IMG/VR virus record: IMGVR_UViG_3300033997_000478
Location: 62,001 to 126,000 of that record
Strand: one strand, 5' to 3'
Length of the DNA: 64,000 bases
In this document: positions 19,766 through 28,713 of the stretch, piece by piece
Position numbering within the stretch: the first letter of the stretch is position 1
Layout of the letters: the number at the start of each line of letters is the position of its first letter
Made by a program: the position numbers and the translations under genes
The notes under the pieces: generated by a model
The model's input: the letters and a program-made list of their open reading frames with translations, nothing else
Databases searched by the model: none
What the model was told of the DNA's origin: nothing

Positions 19766-19805
19766 GCCAACCGCCAGTATGATTGCTCATACTATTTCCC
19801 TAGCA

Positions 19806-21089
19806 CTAAGAAAATACTTCCTCAAGATCCATATCGGCTGTAGTTAAGCTCTTACCGTGCATCAATTTCATGAAGACATCCATGAGCAGCGAACCGATGG
19901 CTGCGGCGTACGTGCCCAGTGCCTGCGGGGTCGAAGCGATGCCCTCACCCATACAGCAGCGGCAGTAGTTGTTGGTGCCGGACGTACCTGCACCGGTCAG
20001 GCAGTAGGCCGGAGAACGCACGACGATCATCTCGCCGAACTTCTTCTGCACCGTCTGCTCATCGATCAGGATCGACTTACCGTTGATCAGCTCGTAATGG
20101 CCGATCAGGTACGGCTGGTTGATCTTGTCAATGCGCATGCGCAGGCCACGCTGACTGCCGCAGTCTTCCTTGTAGACCACCGAGTTCTGGTACATGCGGT
20201 TGTTGTTCTTCACCTCCACGCCGCCCAGTGCAGTCTGCGCACCACGACCATAGGAGCCGTCGCGCAGCTGGTTGATCATGGCCGGCAACTTCTTGATGTC
20301 CCAACCTTCGGCCAGCGAGGTGGTGATCAGATCCGGGTCCAGACCAAAGCCGGTGGAGAAGCCTTGCATGATGTACAGCTTGGCGCGCACCACGTCGTAG
20401 GCCTTGCCCTTGATGTAGAAGCGGGCACCTGGGTCGTTCTTCATCCAAGCCCGATCCATCGCGGTCAGTTCCTTCATGATCCCTGCCACGACCACCGGGT
20501 CGTGCAGTTCGTCCTTGTGCAGAGCCAGAAGCTCGTCACGACGCTTGATCATGTTCGGATCACAGGTCATCGTCTTGGGCGTGGCCGACGGCACGCACAG
20601 CTGGGAGAAGCCCGGCAACTGACCTGCAGCCATCTGGTAGCGCAGGAACTCGCTGGTGCGAATGGCGGTGGGATCATTAGAGCTATCGTCCCAGTGCTTT
20701 TCGATGATCTTCTCGATTGCACCGATACTGATCTCGCCATTCATGTAACCGATCTTGCTGCCGAAGGGCCAGACCAACAGAAGCTGGTTCACCAGCGCGG
20801 TGCCATAGGAGGTCACCACTGCTTCGGGCTGGTTCTTCAACGAACCGGCCGGCAGTTCCAGCTTACCCAGCGCCTTGAACACCGGTTGTTCCGGATCGGC
20901 ATCATCGATCAGTTCAAAACCACCTTCAGGCTTGTAGAACGCCCAGCGGTTGTCTTCGGTCTTGAACAGGCCGTACGGGTAAGGGTGGGGTTTGCCCGGA
21001 CGGAAGATGCTGAAGGCTTCCAACACCCAGCGCTTCCACAGGTAGTTCTCAGCCTGCAGGCAGAGCAGGAAATATTCGCGCTTGTTCAC
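19806..21089 (-). CDS. Virion RNA polymerase beta' fragment (phiKZ gp80-like)
   Basis: GRGAQTALGG, EDCGS, VRSPAYC, CRCCMG zinc motif, LMDVFMKLMH. Confidence 0.85.
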   Translation of the reverse strand: MNKREYFLLCLQAENYLWKRWVLEAFSIFRPGKPHPYPYGLFKTEDNRWAFYKPEGGFELIDDADPEQPVFKALGKLELPAGSLKNQPEAVVTSYGTALVNQLLLVWPFGSKIGYMNGEISIGAIEKIIEKHWDDSSNDPTAIRTSEFLRYQMAAGQLPGFSQLCVPSATPKTMTCDPNMIKRRDELLALHKDELHDPVVVAGIMKELTAMDRAWMKNDPGARFYIKGKAYDVVRAKLYIMQGFSTGFGLDPDLITTSLAEGWDIKKLPAMINQLRDGSYGRGAQTALGGVEVKNNNRMYQNSVVYKEDCGSQRGLRMRIDKINQPYLIGHYELINGKSILIDEQTVQKKFGEMIVVRSPAYCLTGAGTSGTNNYCRCCMGEGIASTPQALGTYAAAIGSLLMDVFMKLMHGKSLTTADMDLEEVFS

Positions 21090-21922
21090 GCCTTGGCCTC
21101 GTCTACGTACTGCTTGATTTGCCGGGAGATCTTAGCCGAGTCGATCATGGGAATGTCGAACAGCTCCTTGGTCTTGTTGGAGACTTCCTCCAGCTTATCC
21201 AAGGGCAACGCCGAAGCGGCGGCAAAGACCACCAGCTCACCAGCCAGTTGGTTGGGTTTGAGCTGCATCAATGCATCGATGTGTGGTGCGATGGTTGCGT
21301 TGTAGGACATACCCAGCCGCAGGCCGTCGTCCAGAGCCTTCAGGAAGACGCTGGTCTCCGAGACCAAGCCTACCTTGGGGATCAACACGCGCAGGCGCTG
21401 ACGCGCCGCTGCGGCGTTCTGAGCGTCTGGTTGCGGTTCATTGCCTTCGGCGCTGGTGGCTTCTCGGATGCGGGTGAGCAGATCCACCGAAACATCGTTG
21501 ACGTGTTCAAGGATCTCTGCCGACGGAACGTTGCTGACATACTCGATCACATCGGCAAAGGCTTCAGTTGCGCCTTCGTCGTAATCGGCCAGCGCGTAGA
21601 TGGCTTCGTTGTCGCCCCAGTCATCGATCTGGTTGAGCGACTCCATCGTCACGTTGAGCATCTTCAGCGGTGTCTCTTGATCCATGTACACGCCGAACTC
21701 AGCCAATGCCTGACGCATCAGCGGAGACAAGATCAGGTTGATCTGCTTGTAGACAACATCAAACTCCAGACCCTCGGCGGTGTCCAATTGCTGCTGCAGC
21801 AAGAACTCGTGGTCGCTTACCCCGCTCTCCGCAAGGACGCGGCAACTGGTCAGGATGATCGTTCCCAGCTCCGATGTCGTTGCTTGATCGAGGTAGGCCT
21901 CAAGATCTGCAATCATGTCCAC
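21086..21922 (-). CDS. Conserved hypothetical (probable virion) protein
   Basis: 278-aa ORF; AAGGAG RBS; stop overlaps the vRNAP gene start. Confidence 0.8.
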   Translation of the reverse strand: MDMIADLEAYLDQATTSELGTIILTSCRVLAESGVSDHEFLLQQQLDTAEGLEFDVVYKQINLILSPLMRQALAEFGVYMDQETPLKMLNVTMESLNQIDDWGDNEAIYALADYDEGATEAFADVIEYVSNVPSAEILEHVNDVSVDLLTRIREATSAEGNEPQPDAQNAAAARQRLRVLIPKVGLVSETSVFLKALDDGLRLGMSYNATIAPHIDALMQLKPNQLAGELVVFAAASALPLDKLEEVSNKTKELFDIPMIDSAKISRQIKQYVDEAKA

Positions 21923-22011
21923 TCCTTCTTACGTATGTTAAAAGTTAATACCAAACTGTTCTCATATGAGAAGCCACGTCTTCTACGTTTTTACACATCC
22001 GAGCCCCGCGC

Positions 22012-22446
22012 ATGAAAAGCGACAATCGTCAGGGTCACCGACCCGAACAGACGCCAGCGTGGGATACGCTGGCTGGTCTCTCAGCGGCAGCCGGCCAATT
22101 GCTCCATCTACCGAGTATTCTGATCCCTCTCTTGCGTGATGAGAAGGCGATGGAAGCGGTGGAAGACAAGGGTCGTCTTCAGTCACTGATGAAACTGATC
22201 CAACAGGACGTTCACCAATTCTCCCACACCTACAGCCAACTGCGGCAACGCCACAGTCATCGTAGCGGTGAGGAGACTGACTCCAACGACTTGATGGACT
22301 CCATCCAAGTTTACCAGGATTACGTTGAGTGGTCTGCCAGCTTTGAAGAGCTGGTGATGCCCAACGTGACCGACCTCCTCGAGCTGCTGCGCCGCGCTGG
22401 TGCCGACACCTCCCACATCCACCTGCCCCGCCTCGACTTCACCTGA
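22012..22446 (+). CDS. Hypothetical protein
   Basis: 144-aa helical ORF heading the chaperone operon. Confidence 0.75.
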   Translation: MKSDNRQGHRPEQTPAWDTLAGLSAAAGQLLHLPSILIPLLRDEKAMEAVEDKGRLQSLMKLIQQDVHQFSHTYSQLRQRHSHRSGEETDSNDLMDSIQVYQDYVEWSASFEELVMPNVTDLLELLRRAGADTSHIHLPRLDFT

Positions 22447-22465
22447 GCACCACCAAGGAACCACA

Positions 22466-24190
22466 ATGAGTGACGAAAACCAGACCCCCGAAACCCCCTC
22501 GCAGGGTTTCCTGGGTGAGACCAACCTCGACCAGAGTCCTGTACAGACTGAGACTCCGGTAGTGGAGGCCAAGCCGAGCGGTGCGATCATCGGCCTGGAA
22601 GCGGAGCCGGAATTCATCGACGTCGAAGAAGCCGTCGAACAGCCGGCTACCGAAGAAGCTGCCGAGCAGCCGACGCAGACCACCAAGGACGAGGTCGTGG
22701 CCATCCTGGTGCGCCGTGGCGTCAACCCCAATGCCGAATGCAACAAGGGCAGCCCGTCCAGCCCGCTGGACAAGAAGGACGCCTACCGCTTCCGTCCGGG
22801 CGAAGCCCTGGCTGTTCTGCCGGTGACCAACCAGGAACTGGAAGGTCTGCTGACCCACTACGAGAACATCGATCCGTCCAAGTCGGCACCGGGCCGCAAC
22901 TGGGTCAATACCGTCAGCGCCGGCCGTGACACCATTCCGCGTGGCGACACCGGCCTGGACGCACTGCTGCGCCCGGACAGCCTGTGGCGCCAGAGCGTGA
23001 CCTTCGACCCCAGCGACAAGGGTTCGATGGAACTGGGCGCGGGCGTGCCGCCGATCGGCGAGCGTGAAGGCAAGGGTACCCTGACCGGCGATACCGCCAT
23101 GCGCTACCTGAACCAGGTCCTGCACCGCGGTCAGTACGTGCGTGTGCCGCTGTGGCACTCGGGCATCTGGACCACCTTCCGTACCCCGGCCGAGCAGGAA
23201 CTGCTGGAGCTGGAACGTCGCGTGGCCAACGAGAAGATCACCCTGGGCCGCGTCACCAATGGTCTGGCGTACTCCAACGTCTCGATCTACCTCAATAGCT
23301 TCCTGTTCAACTTCGCGCTGGCACTGGTCACCGACGCCACCCTGCCGAACACGGACCTGAACACCCTCAAGGCCAACATCAAGGTCACTGACCTGCCGAT
23401 CCTGCTGTGGGCCATGCTGTGCACGATGTACCCCAAGGGCTACCGTCACCTGCGTCCGTGCGTGAACAACCCGGCCGCGTGCATGCACATCGTCGATGAA
23501 CTGCTGGACCTGTCCAAGCTCTGCTGGACCGACAACAGCTCCATCACCGAAGGTCAGCGCAAGCACATGCTCAAGCGCAACTCGAAGTTCACCGACATCG
23601 AGCTGACCAACTACCTCAGCAGCCATCGCAACAACCGCTACTCCACGATCAAGCTCGATGAGAGCGAGACCCACCTGACCGTGGTGGAACTGCGCGTACC
23701 GTCGCTGGCCGACTGGGAACGTTCGGGCACCTCGTGGGTGGACGGCATCGTGGCCAAGACCGACGCCGCCTTCGGCTCGCAGCTCAACGGCGAATCGCGC
23801 AACCAGTACATCATGGATGCGGCCGCTACCACCAGCCTGCGCCAGTACGGCCACTGGATCGAGCGTATCGTGATCACCGACAAGCGCAACAAGCGCCAGG
23901 AAGTGATCGATGACCGCGAGACCCTGGAGGAGACCATCGGTCATCTGTCGGGCAGCTCGCACATCCACGATGCGTTCTTCGAGGGTCTGAAGAACTACAT
24001 GAACGATGCGACGATCTCCCAGATCGCCATCCCACGCTACGCCTGTCCGGTCTGCGGCGCTGACCAGGGTGAAATCGATACGCCGGAGACGCTGATGCAT
24101 CCGCATCTGATTCCCCTCGACGTGGCGACGATTTTTTTTACCCTTCTCGACCAACGAGTGAGCCTGTTGTTGGATCAGGCCCGACTCTAA
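22466..24190 (+). CDS. Tail/baseplate assembly chaperone-like protein (T4 gp26 / lambda gpG analog)
   Basis: AAGGA RBS, ATG 22466; C-terminal CPVC motif and P.D...FF ending containing a T8 slippery run. Confidence 0.65.
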   Translation: MSDENQTPETPSQGFLGETNLDQSPVQTETPVVEAKPSGAIIGLEAEPEFIDVEEAVEQPATEEAAEQPTQTTKDEVVAILVRRGVNPNAECNKGSPSSPLDKKDAYRFRPGEALAVLPVTNQELEGLLTHYENIDPSKSAPGRNWVNTVSAGRDTIPRGDTGLDALLRPDSLWRQSVTFDPSDKGSMELGAGVPPIGEREGKGTLTGDTAMRYLNQVLHRGQYVRVPLWHSGIWTTFRTPAEQELLELERRVANEKITLGRVTNGLAYSNVSIYLNSFLFNFALALVTDATLPNTDLNTLKANIKVTDLPILLWAMLCTMYPKGYRHLRPCVNNPAACMHIVDELLDLSKLCWTDNSSITEGQRKHMLKRNSKFTDIELTNYLSSHRNNRYSTIKLDESETHLTVVELRVPSLADWERSGTSWVDGIVAKTDAAFGSQLNGESRNQYIMDAAATTSLRQYGHWIERIVITDKRNKRQEVIDDRETLEETIGHLSGSSHIHDAFFEGLKNYMNDATISQIAIPRYACPVCGADQGEIDTPETLMHPHLIPLDVATIFFTLLDQRVSLLLDQARL

Positions 24191-24675
24191 GCGATGACGA
24201 TCCGGAGGGGCACGTTCTGTACCCCTCCTTCGGTCAAGAGGAAACGCTCAACCTGACACCAGTGAAAAACCTGATGGCAGCGCTGCGTACCTTTGACCGA
24301 AAAGACCTCGACAGTATCAACACGCAGATCCTGCTGCGCGAACAGTACGACGAGGTCTTCCAGATCGCCAAGCATGGTGATCCCATGCGCCCGCTCTCCT
24401 TGGTGGCCAAACACCCCAAGGAGGATCTGTCCAATCGGGACTCGACCGCGCGAATGATGCGACGCTTTGGCGCGCTGAAGATCCGCGATCTGTTTGGGAT
24501 CTCATGGCCTGAGTTCATCAGGCAGTCACGGGCTGAAGTCGAGCAAATGTTCGAAGTGGCCGAGCATCTGGTGCTGGCCGAGAACAGTCGCCATGACGCC
24601 CTTCTCAACGCTCAGAAGAACGCTCAGCGTGAGAATGAGAGGGACATCCAGAACCTGCATAATCCCCCGACGTAA
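24139..24675 (+). CDS. Predicted -1 frameshift extension of the upstream chaperone (gpT / T4 gp51-like domain)
   Basis: The -1 frame is stop-free from the slippery site 24133-24139 to TAA 24675 (41 codons upstream of the GTG 24262 start in the track); FGISWPEFIRQSRAEVEQMFE motif. Confidence 0.7.
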   Translation, partial: YPSRPTSEPVVGSGPTLSDDDPEGHVLYPSFGQEETLNLTPVKNLMAALRTFDRKDLDSINTQILLREQYDEVFQIAKHGDPMRPLSLVAKHPKEDLSNRDSTARMMRRFGALKIRDLFGISWPEFIRQSRAEVEQMFEVAEHLVLAENSRHDALLNAQKNAQRENERDIQNLHNPPT

Positions 24676-24710
24676 GTCGGGGCTTTATGCTGCCAAAAAC
24701 GTTTGCAATG

Positions 24711-24734
24711 AAAAAAGTTTCATCGCTATAATAC
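24711..24734 (+). promoter_or_regulatory. Putative early (virion RNAP) promoter
   Basis: AAAAAAGTTTCATCGCTATAATAC; same motif at 42522 and 43867; resembles phiKZ early TATATTAC. Confidence 0.7.
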
Positions 24735-24791
24735 TCCCGTGAACCCTAGCAATAGAGTTCACTAACCTAACCCTTAAATGGAGAGCAACAC

Positions 24792-25196
24792 ATGAACCTG
24801 TCCCCTGAATTCAACGCCCTGATGACCATCCTCGAAATCGCCATCGCTGAAGGCCACAGCAACGTCCTGGAGCTGCGCGAGCGCGCCACGCGTGACCTCG
24901 CCATGCACATGTCAATGAAGCTGGTCGAAACGGAGATGCAGCGCAACACCCGTCGTTTCCAGTTGGAAGAACACGCGGAGATGGTCGCCAAGATCGTCGT
25001 CGAGATGCGCGGGCGCATCGATGATTCCATGACCAAATTCAAGCAGTTGGTGAGCTGGGGTGAGTCGGTGGAACTGGGTGAGCAGTTGGACGAAGCTCGC
25101 AACGCGATCCGCAAGCTGCGTGAAGTCAGTGCCGAATACGACTTCGTCGAACTTGGCTTGGTCGAAGTGCAGGCCAAGATCCAAGCCATGGTCTGA
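24792..25196 (+). CDS. Hypothetical early protein, helical/coiled-coil
   Basis: GGAGAG RBS, downstream of early-promoter motif. Confidence 0.8.
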   Translation: MNLSPEFNALMTILEIAIAEGHSNVLELRERATRDLAMHMSMKLVETEMQRNTRRFQLEEHAEMVAKIVVEMRGRIDDSMTKFKQLVSWGESVELGEQLDEARNAIRKLREVSAEYDFVELGLVEVQAKIQAMV

Positions 25197-25202
25197 CCTA
25201 CC

Positions 25203-25226
25203 CGGAGCCCCCTCGCAGGGGGCTCC
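25203..25226 (+). terminator. Intrinsic terminator
   Basis: GGAGCCCCC-TCGCA-GGGGGCTCC followed by TCTTTT. Confidence 0.7.
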
Positions 25227-25253
25227 TCTTTTATACCCTTCAAGGAGAGTAAC

Positions 25254-25727
25254 ATGAGTAACGACACCGACCGACAGCTGGAAGAAAGCACCCAATTCGC
25301 TATCGCCAAGCTGGAGCGCTTGCGCGAACAGATGGTGGAGACCATGAATGCGGTACAGAGCGCTGCACGTGTCGTGCGGGATTCCTACCACAGCAACACG
25401 AACCCGGACAAGGTGGGTCGTGCTGATACCTTCCGGACGCGCTTTGCATTGGAACACTCGGTGGAGGGCCTGCGAGATGAACTGACCAGGACTCGCAAGT
25501 ACCGGACTGAGCATATCGCGTTGCTGGAGGAAACAATCAGCAGCGGACGTGCGGGTCTTGCAGACATGATAGCAGACGATCCGACCGATCCGAAAATCGC
25601 AGTGCACCGCCATCACCTTGCAATACTGGAAGAACTGCTGGCCAGGAATGCGGCGATCTTGAAGATGTGCGATGACGCTGACGCGGTGGTTGTCGAAGCT
25701 GACGAGATCATCGTGACAATCCAGTAA
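25254..25727 (+). CDS. Hypothetical protein, coiled-coil
   Basis: AAGGAG RBS; 157 aa. Confidence 0.8.
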   Translation: MSNDTDRQLEESTQFAIAKLERLREQMVETMNAVQSAARVVRDSYHSNTNPDKVGRADTFRTRFALEHSVEGLRDELTRTRKYRTEHIALLEETISSGRAGLADMIADDPTDPKIAVHRHHLAILEELLARNAAILKMCDDADAVVVEADEIIVTIQ

Positions 25728-25735
25728 GGCATAAG

Positions 25736-25762
25736 CCCTCCTCCCCAATTGGGGAGGAGGGA
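25736..25762. terminator. Bidirectional terminator
   Basis: CCCTCCTCCCC-AATT-GGGGAGGAGGG between convergent genes. Confidence 0.75.
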
Positions 25763-25786
25763 CTCATGGGGTCTTTTCTTTTTTCC

Positions 25787-28705
25787 TTAGCTGGCCGTGT
25801 GTTGCAGCCAGACGAAGGCCACGTCATCTTCCACCGCCAGCGTGCCGTCAGCGCGAGCCACGGCCTTCTTGCGGATGGACAGACGCGCCGAGTCATCGAT
25901 GAGGGTGATGACATCGTACGGGGTGTTACCACCCAGACCAGTGATCGACACACCCACCGTATCGCCCTGCACACGTTCACGCAGTTCGCGGGTGATGTCA
26001 GACATGGACACCACAGCGTTCTGCAGCATGTCGTGGATGACCTCCAATGCGGTGGCCTCCAGTGTTGCACGCAGTTCCAGATCGCGGAAGGCCGCGCCGG
26101 AGAGGTGGAAGGTCACGTTGAAGCTCTGCGCCGAGTTCAGCGCCACGGTCTTGTTCTCCAGCACCTTGACGTTGATGTTACCCAGCGTCGATTTCGGATA
26201 GAAGAACAGGGTGGTCTGCTCGAGCAGTTCAGACTGCACTTGAGCGATGTCGTTCTTGAGCCAGCTATCGATCAGCGTCGGCAGGCGATCGCGGTATTCG
26301 CTGGAGTTGAACTCGGTGGCGAACCAGTAGATGCCATCGATCAGGAACATGTCCATCTGCCGCAGCAGACGACGTGAACCGATGATGATCGGGTTGCCTT
26401 CGATGTCGTGCTCGATGTCACCGGCGTAGTGGGCGATCACCTGGTTACCTTGGTCATCCAGCACCGGGTCACCCTTCTCGTGGAGAACCACGAAGGTGGG
26501 ATTGCCGTTGACGAAGACGACCTCGATCTCACCGTTGGCATCGCGCTTGTACACGGTCTGCTCCCACACCGCCGGTACGTCAGCGACGTAGCGCTTGTAG
26601 TCCTGCGCCGAGGCCACAGAGCGACTAGAGGACCACAGACCCTTGAGGGAGGAGCCCAGGGTGATTTCCAGACGATCCTGCGAGATGGCCTTGACATCGT
26701 TGGGCAGCAGGGCCCGACCCAGTGCGTCATCAACGGCCGCCTTCTGGTAGCCTTCGATTTCGATCTGGTTGACCGCAAAGTGCACATCGAAGCTGTTGGT
26801 CAGCGGGCACGGGTACTTGTGCACCGGATCTTCCAGCATCTGGAAGGAGTTGACGATCAGGTTGTCCTTGGCGTCCACGTCGAAGTCGGTGGCGATCAGG
26901 AAGGTGTAGACACGCTCCTCCGCGCCATCGGCGCCCACGTAACCCACCAGCGTACCGTTCTGATACGCACGCACGGTTTCACCGGCCGGCAGGAAACTCA
27001 TCTGGACAAAGATCTGATCATCGTCCAGATCCTTGAAGCTCTGGCCGGAGGTGAGCACGCAGGTCACCACGTAGCCTTCCGGCACGCGGTCCACCTTGTG
27101 GCTCTTGACCGAGACCGAGAAGGGCATGGTCACGTTCTCACCGACAAAGCTCTTGGCGTTGACGCTGGGGTTCTCGAAGTAGTACGGGCGATGCTCGAAC
27201 ACCGAGCCGGTCATGTCCAGCACGTAGTGGAACGGGCTGTACAGATAGGTGGCATCGTTCAGACGACGCGCACGCACGTCCACCTGCGTGGCCAGCAGCG
27301 AGTCGACCACCGCCTTGGGGACGATGGAGAGAATGCCGTTGGTGGACTGGTAGACCGTGTCCGGGGTGATCGTGATGCGATCGCCGTTGTCCTTGACCGT
27401 ATCCAGCTTGGCCAGGTTCTCCATGGACTCCGTCAGCGTCAGCATCGTTGAGCCCGCACCGGAGATGGTGGTGCCATCACCCGGATTGGGCAACAGGCGC
27501 GTGGCCAGCATCTGACGGTTGGTGACGTGGTCAACGTCGGTCACCATGTCAAAGCCCATGTCCGCCAGACGCGAGCCGATGTTGATGTTGGTGATCGGCA
27601 CGTTGGCCTTGCCCAGCGAGTTGGAGATCACTCGAGCGCGCAGCGTCTCGAAGGTCATCGCATTCTCACCGCCCGACACGGTCTGATCGTTGAAGATCGT
27701 CAGCGTGGACAGTTCGCGCAGCGGCTTGGAGTACGGCAGCTGACTGGTGTCAGCGTAGCTGGAATCCTTGAACTTGGCCTGGAACTGATTGATGGCGTAG
27801 TCGGACATGATCATCTGCATCGGACCGTGGGTCGTGTAGATGTCAATGCGCAGCTCGTTGGTCAGCTGTCGAGTGGTCTGGTAGATGGTCGGCACCGTCA
27901 CCGTCAGGATCTGGTCCACCACCTTCAGCTGCACCGTCGGCACACTCACGTCGTAGGTCTGATCGGAGTGGGTGGTCTTGATCTCCTTCCAGCTGCCGTT
28001 GGCATCGGTGTGATACGCACGGGCATAGTGGAACTGATCGCTGAAGGTGAACTGCTTGACCGAACGCTGGGACAGGTTCAGCGCGTAGCTGTGCGAGGTG
28101 ATCTCAAACTGGTACATCGGCACGCGCAGACGCAGCCACAGCACGCCTTGCCAGTTGACCCACTCCGGCTCGATCATGTTACTCTGCAAGGCTTGCAGCG
28201 GCGAAGGCTCGCTGGTGTCGTAGACCACGTTGATGGCGCCATGGGCTGCCACACGGATCTCGATGGGGTATTGCAAGGTGAAGGTCACCCCACCCACCGT
28301 CACCGCGGTATGACGCGGGATGACCAGCTTGTAGGTGCCCGTACTGCCCACCGGCACGGCCGCACGCAACACCTCATCACGATCGAACATGAAGGTGAAG
28401 GTGGACATGGCCGGCTGCGCAAAGCGGCCGGCGTAGTCAGCATCGGACATGTGCAGGTACAGGTCTTCTTGGGTCTGAGCCAGACTCGGATACTGCTTGG
28501 CCAACGTCACGCCCATCTCCTTGAAGAAGGCGGCGCAGTGGACGATGTTGGCTTCCTTCAGATGCATGAAGGGCGTATTGGGCGTGGACAGATCGTACTG
28601 TCCATCCAACATCTTCTCCAGACGGTTCAGGTCATCGACCAGCACTGCCTGGGGGTTGGCGAGCAACAGTTGAGCCTGGGCAACCCAGGCGGCTTGATCA
28701 CTCAT
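25787..28705 (-). CDS. Baseplate wedge-like virion protein (phiKZ gp87-like)
   Basis: 972 aa; GGENAMTFETLRARV motif typical of baseplate-J/gp6-like proteins; synteny. Confidence 0.75.
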   Translation of the reverse strand: MSDQAAWVAQAQLLLANPQAVLVDDLNRLEKMLDGQYDLSTPNTPFMHLKEANIVHCAAFFKEMGVTLAKQYPSLAQTQEDLYLHMSDADYAGRFAQPAMSTFTFMFDRDEVLRAAVPVGSTGTYKLVIPRHTAVTVGGVTFTLQYPIEIRVAAHGAINVVYDTSEPSPLQALQSNMIEPEWVNWQGVLWLRLRVPMYQFEITSHSYALNLSQRSVKQFTFSDQFHYARAYHTDANGSWKEIKTTHSDQTYDVSVPTVQLKVVDQILTVTVPTIYQTTRQLTNELRIDIYTTHGPMQMIMSDYAINQFQAKFKDSSYADTSQLPYSKPLRELSTLTIFNDQTVSGGENAMTFETLRARVISNSLGKANVPITNINIGSRLADMGFDMVTDVDHVTNRQMLATRLLPNPGDGTTISGAGSTMLTLTESMENLAKLDTVKDNGDRITITPDTVYQSTNGILSIVPKAVVDSLLATQVDVRARRLNDATYLYSPFHYVLDMTGSVFEHRPYYFENPSVNAKSFVGENVTMPFSVSVKSHKVDRVPEGYVVTCVLTSGQSFKDLDDDQIFVQMSFLPAGETVRAYQNGTLVGYVGADGAEERVYTFLIATDFDVDAKDNLIVNSFQMLEDPVHKYPCPLTNSFDVHFAVNQIEIEGYQKAAVDDALGRALLPNDVKAISQDRLEITLGSSLKGLWSSSRSVASAQDYKRYVADVPAVWEQTVYKRDANGEIEVVFVNGNPTFVVLHEKGDPVLDDQGNQVIAHYAGDIEHDIEGNPIIIGSRRLLRQMDMFLIDGIYWFATEFNSSEYRDRLPTLIDSWLKNDIAQVQSELLEQTTLFFYPKSTLGNINVKVLENKTVALNSAQSFNVTFHLSGAAFRDLELRATLEATALEVIHDMLQNAVVSMSDITRELRERVQGDTVGVSITGLGGNTPYDVITLIDDSARLSIRKKAVARADGTLAVEDDVAFVWLQHTAS

Positions 28706-28713
28706 GAAAGGTC

